In this document: one piece after another, positions 57,254-64,000 of the stretch
How positions within the stretch are numbered: the stretch's first letter is position 1
Layout of the letters: every line of letters starts with the position of its first letter
Origin: Nibricoccus sp.
GTDB taxonomy: Bacteria; Verrucomicrobiota; Verrucomicrobiia; Opitutales; Opitutaceae
NCBI GenBank assembly: GCA_047602425.1
Contig: JASGHG010000001.1
Coordinates: 4,320,001-4,384,000 of the forward strand
Direction of reading: 5' to 3'
Length of the DNA stretch: 64,000 nucleotides
Position numbers and translations under genes: made by a program
The notes under the pieces: generated by a model
Told to the model about the DNA's origin: nothing
Seen by the model: the letters and a program-made list of their open reading frames with translations, nothing else
The model's database searches: none

Positions 57254-59539
57254 ATGAGCGCATATAAACGAATCCCGATGTTGCTGTTAGGGCTGGTGGC
57301 CGGTTTGGGCGGCACGCCATTGTCCGCCAAGCCCGAAACCCTGCTGGAGGCACCGGGCATGCGCCTCAGCCTTGAAGACGGGCACGTGCAGATTTTCCGT
57401 GAAAAGGACCTGGTGTTGGAAGTGCACGCATTTGAGTTCAACTTTCGTGCACCCAAAGCCGTGGCGGTGAACGAACGCACACCGGAGCGCGTGACTTTGC
57501 TCGCGGTTTATCCCGGTGAGGTCGAATTTTTGGAAAAAGTCAGCGAGGTTTCGGCGGAAATTATCATCGAGCGAGTCGCAGGCGGATTTAGATTTCGCTC
57601 AAAACCGGAATGGGCTGGTCACACCACGCTGAGGCTGCGTGATCTGGACGATCATTTTTTTGGCGTACTCGAACAACTCAATCCCGGTAATCGAAGGAGT
57701 CCCGATCTGCGCGGCGCCACAATCGACATCGATGCGGCGGGCAACGAGCGCCAGTACCATGAGAATTACGCTTCGGTCTGGTCCGCCTTTTACATGACGG
57801 CGAAAGGCTGCGCGTCGTTCTTCGATACTTTTGCGAAAGGCCGCTACAAACTGGGGCTGCAAGGCGAAACTGAACTCTATCACCAAACCGGCACGCTGGA
57901 TTGGTACGTTTTTCTCGGGCGCAACGGCGACGAATTGCTGGCGTCGTATTACAAAGTGATCGGAAAGCCGAAGGCCTTGCCCATGTGGGCCGCGGGGCCG
58001 ATTGGCTGGCGCGATCAGAACAACGGCGGATCCGCCGAAATCCTCGACGATGTGAAACGCATGACCGAGATAAAAATTCCGTTTACGGCCTGGTTCGTCG
58101 ATCGGCCGTATAGCGACGGAGAGCACAGCTGGTCGAAAATGAATTTCAGCGAAAGCTTTGCAAAACCGGCGGAATGGATCTCCACGCTCGAAAAGTCTTA
58201 TGGGCTCAAATTCATGACTTGGATCGCGCCGCAGACCTTCGGCGATCCGGCATTTCCCGGACTGCTTGCCGGCGACAACGGTTATCTGGACCTCTCCGAT
58301 TCCGCAGCCGTCGTGGAATGGGAAAAACGCCTGAAGCTCCAATACGCGGCGGGGGTGCGCGGCCACAAGGACGATCGTGGCGAAGAACTTTTTCCCGAGG
58401 CGACGAAGTGGAAGGACGGAACGCCGCTGCCCGAACGACGCAACAGGTACCTTTACCTCTACGCGAAGGTTACGCACGAAATGCTCACGAACGCGTGGGG
58501 AACGGATCAGTTTAATTTCGCCCGCGGCGCCTTTCACCGTTCGCAGCCCTATCTCTCGGCGATCTGGGGCGGCGACTCGCGCGGAACGTGGAATGGGATG
58601 GCCTCGAATCTCGCCAACGCGATCCGGTGCGGCTTCATGGGATTTCCTCTTTGGGGCACCGACGTCGGCGGTTATTTTGGAGGACGCATCGACGAAGAAC
58701 TTTACGCCCGATGGCTGGAGTGGGGCGCCTGGAACGGCCTTTATGAAATCAAGCTCGACGATGCCGCTGGCAAAAACCAGGACCGTCCGCCGTGGGTTTA
58801 CGGCGAGGGCTTGCAGGCTGCGTTTCGCGAGTCGTGTGCGACGCGCATGCAACTGATGCCCTATATCTATTCGCTTTCGCACACCGCGGACCGAACCGGT
58901 GTCTTGATGAAACCGATGGCCTACGTTTGGCCGGAGGACGATGCTACGTATGGAATTTGGGATCAATATATGTTTGGGCATGCGTTTCTGGTGGCGCCGA
59001 TCCTCACCCCCGGCGGGCAGCGCACCGTTTACCTCCCCGACGGCCACGAATGGCACAACTTTTATCAGCCCAACGAAGTTCACAAGGGCGGCAACACCAT
59101 CAAGGTGAAGGCGCCATTCAACCGCATTCCGGTTTTCGTTTCCGACAACACGATTTATGTCACAGGTACAATTCCCGCGGGCAATCGCGCGCAGTGGGAT
59201 GCTTCGGCCGCGAAACCCCAGTATGTGATCCACGCGATCCCGAGCCGCAAAAGCGAGCAGACACAATTTGAACTCATCGACGCTTACGATGAGAATAAGT
59301 CGAAACTTCTTCGTCTCAGCGTCCGGATGGATGTCATCCGAATCTCCATCCCAGCTCTGGGCGCTCCTTGCGAGCTGCAGATTCGGCGCGAGCCCCCCAA
59401 TCGCATCCGACTGAACGGGCGTCCCTATGACGCAAAATACGATCCTGCGCAGGCGGTTTATCGCGTGCCTCTGTCGGCGGGAACCGCCTACGAAATAGAA
59501 GTGGTGCCCATCATCCCGGGAGCAGGACTGCCGCAGTAA
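57254..59539 (+). CDS. Glycoside hydrolase family 31 (secreted)
   Basis: Signal peptide; YY.V.GKP..LP.WA, KDDRGE (nucleophile region), WGGD, WGTDVGGY, YMFG.AFLVAPI, IPVFV. Confidence 0.9.
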   Translation: MSAYKRIPMLLLGLVAGLGGTPLSAKPETLLEAPGMRLSLEDGHVQIFREKDLVLEVHAFEFNFRAPKAVAVNERTPERVTLLAVYPGEVEFLEKVSEVSAEIIIERVAGGFRFRSKPEWAGHTTLRLRDLDDHFFGVLEQLNPGNRRSPDLRGATIDIDAAGNERQYHENYASVWSAFYMTAKGCASFFDTFAKGRYKLGLQGETELYHQTGTLDWYVFLGRNGDELLASYYKVIGKPKALPMWAAGPIGWRDQNNGGSAEILDDVKRMTEIKIPFTAWFVDRPYSDGEHSWSKMNFSESFAKPAEWISTLEKSYGLKFMTWIAPQTFGDPAFPGLLAGDNGYLDLSDSAAVVEWEKRLKLQYAAGVRGHKDDRGEELFPEATKWKDGTPLPERRNRYLYLYAKVTHEMLTNAWGTDQFNFARGAFHRSQPYLSAIWGGDSRGTWNGMASNLANAIRCGFMGFPLWGTDVGGYFGGRIDEELYARWLEWGAWNGLYEIKLDDAAGKNQDRPPWVYGEGLQAAFRESCATRMQLMPYIYSLSHTADRTGVLMKPMAYVWPEDDATYGIWDQYMFGHAFLVAPILTPGGQRTVYLPDGHEWHNFYQPNEVHKGGNTIKVKAPFNRIPVFVSDNTIYVTGTIPAGNRAQWDASAAKPQYVIHAIPSRKSEQTQFELIDAYDENKSKLLRLSVRMDVIRISIPALGAPCELQIRREPPNRIRLNGRPYDAKYDPAQAVYRVPLSAGTAYEIEVVPIIPGAGLPQ

Positions 59540-59683
59540 GTTTCCAGATCGAAACGGTTTTGCGTTGAGGAGCTTTCACCACGAGGCTCCGATCATCGTC
59601 GATTTTGACGTCGGAAGATATTAAACCGCTATTTATCGCTAATTGCCGCTAGGTTCGGAAGAGAGCGATGCATGCTCAAGGGA

Positions 59684-60415
59684 TTATCCAGCCGGACTTT
59701 TTGCGGGAAGAACGGCCTGCTCGGCCGCGACAAGGGCATCGTAGGCGGCTGCGGAATCGGGCGCTTCGTAGAGTTGTTCCAAGATCTTGGTTTTAGTGGC
59801 GACTAAACAAAGTCGGGCCAGTGTGTGCAGATGGATGCGGTCGTCCTGACAGCAAATCAGGAAAAAGAGGCGAGTGGGGGCGCCGTCCGGAGCGCCGAAG
59901 GGAATACTTTGAATGGTTCGTCCCAGAACGATGAACGAACTCTCGAAGCGATACGCATCGTAGTTTCGCGCGTGAAGAAGGGCGAGTCCGCCCGGGACTG
60001 CAGTCGAGCAGAGTTCCTCGCGCGCCTCGATGCTTTGCAGAAGTTCGCGCGAATCGAAGACCTTGCCGGTGCTTTCGGCGAGGCCGACCATGTCACGCAG
60101 GACGGAGGCCCGCGTTTTGGAAGGCAGTTCCAAGTTAACTCCTGAACGCGTGAGCAACTCGGGAATGAGCGCTTGTTCGGGAAAAATCTCCCGGGTACCG
60201 CGCATCGTTTTTTCGTGGTAGGCATCGAGCCGTTTGCCGGGCATGCCGAGAATGCGTTGCGAGGCCCAGGCATCGATCTCCGCGCGACGGAACTGAAGAT
60301 GCCCGCCGCGTTCTACGCGCGGCAGATCGCTTTCGCGCAACAGCCGTTCGACATCGCTGGCTGAGAGATGAAGGTAGTCGGCGAGTTCCGCGAGATTGAG
60401 TGTGCGATGCGGCAT
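59684..60415 (-). CDS. PTS IIA (Ntr-like) domain protein with an N-terminal excisionase-type HTH
   Basis: ELADYL...F.R.EIDAW; REELCSTA..GLALLHAR, FGAPDG.P, HLHTLARL; ATG at 60415. Confidence 0.87.
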   Translation of the reverse strand: MPHRTLNLAELADYLHLSASDVERLLRESDLPRVERGGHLQFRRAEIDAWASQRILGMPGKRLDAYHEKTMRGTREIFPEQALIPELLTRSGVNLELPSKTRASVLRDMVGLAESTGKVFDSRELLQSIEAREELCSTAVPGGLALLHARNYDAYRFESSFIVLGRTIQSIPFGAPDGAPTRLFFLICCQDDRIHLHTLARLCLVATKTKILEQLYEAPDSAAAYDALVAAEQAVLPAKSPAG

Positions 60416-60545
60416 TGAGGGGAGCGTAACCTCGTCGCGGAAAATGGAAAGCTTGTAACTTTGGGGCCGGAAAGCGCGTTTGACTCCCCAATGCGGCCGT
60501 CCGAAGCGGTTTTTCGTTGCGGATTGAGGTTGGTTTTGGCGGGCT

Positions 60546-62051
60546 TTGGCGATGATCAAACGCGCCTATTTCCAGGTTTTGTGCGTCGTGGTGGGATTTT
60601 GCTCGGCTGGCTTGGGCTGGCTGGAGGCTTCGGGCGGACGAGGGCTGCCGCCACGGGCAGAAGCGCTGCGGACCGACATCGGATATGCGCGGGACTTGAT
60701 GGTGCGCTCATTAGAATGGCGCCAAAGAGCGCGGACCTTTGTCAAAGAAGCGCAACCGCGGCTCAACGGCGGTGTGTTGACGAGTGGCGATCTAAACGCG
60801 CTGTATCGCGGTGGCGAAGATTACGTCTTCCTGAGCCGTCGCTGGCGGGCCTTGGTGGATGTCCAGGGATCTGAGGCTTGGCACCGCGCCGCGCCTGCGC
60901 TGGTGCACGATCCACTCGCACGCACCCAAACGAAACTCGTGCTGGCGGCGGCTTTGGTTCAACACGATGATTATGCCATGGGCGTGGACCCTTATTTCAA
61001 GGAGCGGAAGTTGCGAAAACTTTTGAAAAACGACCATCCGGCCGTGGTGGGCGAGTTGGATGAAGCCGTGCAACGTTTTCTTGATCCTGTGGCTCGGTTG
61101 AGGTTGGCGCGGGCCGTGGTTTGGTATCGAGCCGAAGGCGGACAGGCGGAAGACCGCTCTGAGGACGAAAAATTTTTGGACGAAGTCATCACTCAAAGTC
61201 CGGGTTATCAATTTTTCTCAAAACAATTGCCCGCGCGGGTTATCGCCGAGTGGTCGACCGGCGGACATGCCGGCGTGACATACGTGATGGATCTGCTGTC
61301 ACGCATGGGATCGACGATGATGAACACCACCAGCCTTGTGGTCGGCAATGCGATGGGTTTGGTGCAAACACGCAACGGATATTTGAACGCTATGCCTGCG
61401 GAACAGCGACTGGCGTTGCGCAATCGTTTACGGCCACTCGATGTGCTGCTGGAAAAAACGCCTTTCCGCCTGACCGATAAATCCATTCCCGGCCATTATG
61501 GCCACGTGGCTGTTTGGGTGGGCGGTGAAGAGGAGTTGAAGGCGTTGGGTGTTTGGAACGACCCATTGGTTCGGCCGCATCATCAGCGGATCCAGGCGGG
61601 TGCCTCGATTGTGGAAGCATTGCGACCCGGAGTGGAGATCAACACGCTGGAACATTTCCTAAACATCGACGATCTGCTGGTCATTCGCCGCCGCACGCTG
61701 ACGCCCGATGAAACAAAAGCGGGAGTCCTGCGGGCCTTTGCGCAAATCGGCAAGGCCTACGATTTCAATTTCGATGTCGAGAGCGACCGGAAGATCGTTT
61801 GTTCGGAACTGGCATTCGTCGTTTTTCCCGACGTGGTATGGCCGACGAGTTCGGTCTTGGGAAGATATTCCATCTCTCCGGATCAGGTGGCGGTGCGCGC
61901 GCAGGGCGACGGACCTTTTGCGCCGGAAGTGATTTTTCACGATGGGGTGGAGGTCACGGAGAAACTGCCTGAGACACTCGATTGTTTTCTGAAAACAGAT
62001 TACGCGCGTTTCGCGGCGCAGCATCCGGAGTTCAAAGGACGCTCGAAGTAA
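60546..62051 (+). CDS. YiiX/YebB-like permuted papain-like (NlpC/P60) enzyme with a large N-terminal extension
   Basis: LRPLDVLL, GHYGHVAVW, VEAL, G..YDFNF....IVCSEL, ISPD. Confidence 0.8.
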   Translation: MAMIKRAYFQVLCVVVGFCSAGLGWLEASGGRGLPPRAEALRTDIGYARDLMVRSLEWRQRARTFVKEAQPRLNGGVLTSGDLNALYRGGEDYVFLSRRWRALVDVQGSEAWHRAAPALVHDPLARTQTKLVLAAALVQHDDYAMGVDPYFKERKLRKLLKNDHPAVVGELDEAVQRFLDPVARLRLARAVVWYRAEGGQAEDRSEDEKFLDEVITQSPGYQFFSKQLPARVIAEWSTGGHAGVTYVMDLLSRMGSTMMNTTSLVVGNAMGLVQTRNGYLNAMPAEQRLALRNRLRPLDVLLEKTPFRLTDKSIPGHYGHVAVWVGGEEELKALGVWNDPLVRPHHQRIQAGASIVEALRPGVEINTLEHFLNIDDLLVIRRRTLTPDETKAGVLRAFAQIGKAYDFNFDVESDRKIVCSELAFVVFPDVVWPTSSVLGRYSISPDQVAVRAQGDGPFAPEVIFHDGVEVTEKLPETLDCFLKTDYARFAAQHPEFKGRSK

Positions 62052-62101
62052 CGGTAGTTGCGGACCGAATACGCGGCGCGGCGAACTCCCGGGGACGAAA
62101 A

Positions 62102-64000
62102 TTATTCGTTTTTCGCGGTCAGGCAGTCGTTTACCGCGCTGAGGAACTCGGCAATTTGGAAAGGCTTGCTCAGTACGCGGTCGACCTTGGCCTCGGTGAT
62201 CTCGCTTAGGTCGTCGGAACTCAAGCGTCCGCTGATGATCATGATGCGGCCCTTGTATTCGCCGGCGCCGCGCACGCGGCGGGCAAGTTCGATGCCATCG
62301 AGGCCGGGCATATTCACGTCGAGAATGATGAGATCGTAACGTTCCAAGTTGGCCTGAAGATGTTTCCACGCAGCGATGCCATTGGGCTCGTGGATGGGCT
62401 TGTGGCCGGCGCGTTGAAGCGACGCGATGATCGAGGAGGCTACCATTTCATCATCCTCGGCAAGGAATATGGAGTGGTTGACGGTGGTGACCGGTTGTGG
62501 AGGTTTGACCGCCGCGACAGCGGTCGGATAGCTGGCAAAAACCGGCAGGTGAATGTGGAAGGCGGAGCCCTGGCCTTTCAAGGATTCGACCTCGATGCGG
62601 CCGCTGACCTCAGTGACGAGATGCCAGACGGTCGCGAGCCCAAGTCCGGTGCCCTTGCCAACATCCTTGGTGGTGTAAAATGGTTCGAAAGCGCGCTCGC
62701 GCACCTCAGGGGTCATGCCCATGCCATTGTCGCGAATGGTGAGGCGCTGCCATCCGAGGATTTCGCGACGCGAAGGCACGCTCGGTTCGAGGCGACCCAC
62801 GGCGGTTGCGGGCAGTTGGATTGCCTCGACGCGGATGGTGGGCACCCAACCCTCGGGATGAGGACTGGCGAGTTTTTCCATCAAGGTGTCGCGAGCATTG
62901 AGGACGAGATTGAGGATGATCTGGTTGAGGTCGGTGGGATTGAAGGTGAGGGGAGGCAGGTTCGTGGGAATCACGTTCTCCCAAACGATGCGCCGGTCGA
63001 CGGTGAGTTTCAGGAGCGCCAGGCAAGCGTTGGTGATAGACGCCAGGTAGACCTGCTCGACGCGGTCGTCGACCTTGCGGCCAAAAGTCAGCAGACGGCG
63101 CGTAAGTTCGGAGGCGCGTTGGGCGGCGTCTGAAATGAGCTGGATCTCCGCGTGGAGACGGGCGTCGCCGGGCCAATCGAGTTGGATTTCGCTGGTTTTA
63201 AGCGCGATCGGCGTGAGGAGATTGTTGAATTCGTGAGCGATGCCGCCGACGAGTTCACCGATGGCGCGCAGCCGGCGGGACTGGCTGATTTCTTCGTCGA
63301 GCGTGCGACGCTCGGTAATATCCTCACCGAGCACGCAGAGACGGGGGTTGCCCTGGCCGGCCACGGGCATGGGGACGAGCGTGAAGATGATGCGCTTGGT
63401 GCTTTGCGCGAGACGGCGTTCCTCGCGAACGAGCGTGGTGATCGAAGGACGGGCGGAAAGGAGTCCGGCGAACTCAAGCAACCACTCGGTGGGTTTTTGG
63501 ACCTTATGCAGGTATTCGTTCTTGAGATTGGTTGCGGTGAGGCCGATCCAGGGTTCCGCCTGCTGATTGATGGAGAGAAATCTGTACCCGGTGGCGTCGC
63601 GCTCAAGCAGGCACACGGCCATGGGAATGTTGTCGTAAAGCGCCTGGAGGTGGGCTTGCTGAGCGGACAATTCGGCGGTCTGCCGTGCGATCAGGCGCTT
63701 AAGCACCTGCCGGTAAAAAATTCCGGCAAGGAGAAGCCCGACGATTACACAAAGAGCGATGATGCTATAGCGCAGCAGCACACGCTGGCTGACACTGGCG
63801 GTTTCGAGTTTGCCGAACCAGTGATCGTAAATGCGCTGAAATTCTCCGGTGCGATTGAGGATGGCCAGGCCCTCGTTGAGGCGCGCGAGGAGCTGCGTGT
63901 TTCCCTTGTGGACGGCGAAGCAATGGCGGATATCGTAGTCGGCGTAGGGTTCGCCGAGCATGACAACGTTTTTGTGGCCGTTGCGCTGGATGAGTGAGAG
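62102..64000 (-). CDS. Hybrid sensor histidine kinase (SBP-TM-PAS-HisKA-HATPase-REC), 3' part; 5' end is off-window
   Basis: GGIAHEFNNLL, NLVLNARD, DNGMGM, EPFYTTK..GKGTGLGL, REC ILDVNMPG; upstream AVHKGN..L...N.GL...G.F..IY..WF. Confidence 0.92.
   Translation of the reverse strand, partial: LSLIQRNGHKNVVMLGEPYADYDIRHCFAVHKGNTQLLARLNEGLAILNRTGEFQRIYDHWFGKLETASVSQRVLLRYSIIALCVIVGLLLAGIFYRQVLKRLIARQTAELSAQQAHLQALYDNIPMAVCLLERDATGYRFLSINQQAEPWIGLTATNLKNEYLHKVQKPTEWLLEFAGLLSARPSITTLVREERRLAQSTKRIIFTLVPMPVAGQGNPRLCVLGEDITERRTLDEEISQSRRLRAIGELVGGIAHEFNNLLTPIALKTSEIQLDWPGDARLHAEIQLISDAAQRASELTRRLLTFGRKVDDRVEQVYLASITNACLALLKLTVDRRIVWENVIPTNLPPLTFNPTDLNQIILNLVLNARDTLMEKLASPHPEGWVPTIRVEAIQLPATAVGRLEPSVPSRREILGWQRLTIRDNGMGMTPEVRERAFEPFYTTKDVGKGTGLGLATVWHLVTEVSGRIEVESLKGQGSAFHIHLPVFASYPTAVAAVKPPQPVTTVNHSIFLAEDDEMVASSIIASLQRAGHKPIHEPNGIAAWKHLQANLERYDLIILDVNMPGLDGIELARRVRGAGEYKGRIMIISGRLSSDDLSEITEAKVDRVLSKPFQIAEFLSAVNDCLTAKNE

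Overview
A GC-rich bacterial chromosomal segment, most likely Verrucomicrobiota/Opitutaceae. This is inferred from the PVC signature 'small basic protein', a VPDSG-CTERM-type sorting signal and the general gene repertoire. Bases 1-30 kb are mostly core genes: recQ 5' end, rhamnose/LPS genes, tRNA-Leu, rpoZ, smpB, thrH, trmL, oppD/F, serS, tilS, ftsH, ugd, holB, tmk, tolQRA and tRNA-Ala. An accessory block at 30-43.7 kb holds homospermidine synthase and a compact clade II nitrous-oxide reductase cluster (azurin-like gene, nosZ, nosB, nosD, nosF, nosY, marR, plus a divergent CusF-SCO gene) with two FNR-type boxes. Bases 47.9-55.6 kb form a co-oriented array of small unrelated genes separated by degenerate attC-like sites, with no integrase in the window and an IS5-family element inserted in one site. 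The most unusual signal is that a four-helix-bundle gene and a GxxExxY gene are each inserted in a conserved operon and bracketed by inverted short-tandem-repeat arrays that contain start codons; gene-less 'empty' and solo arrays occur elsewhere in the window. All calls come from reading the sequence and recalling motifs; no searches or folding programs were run.
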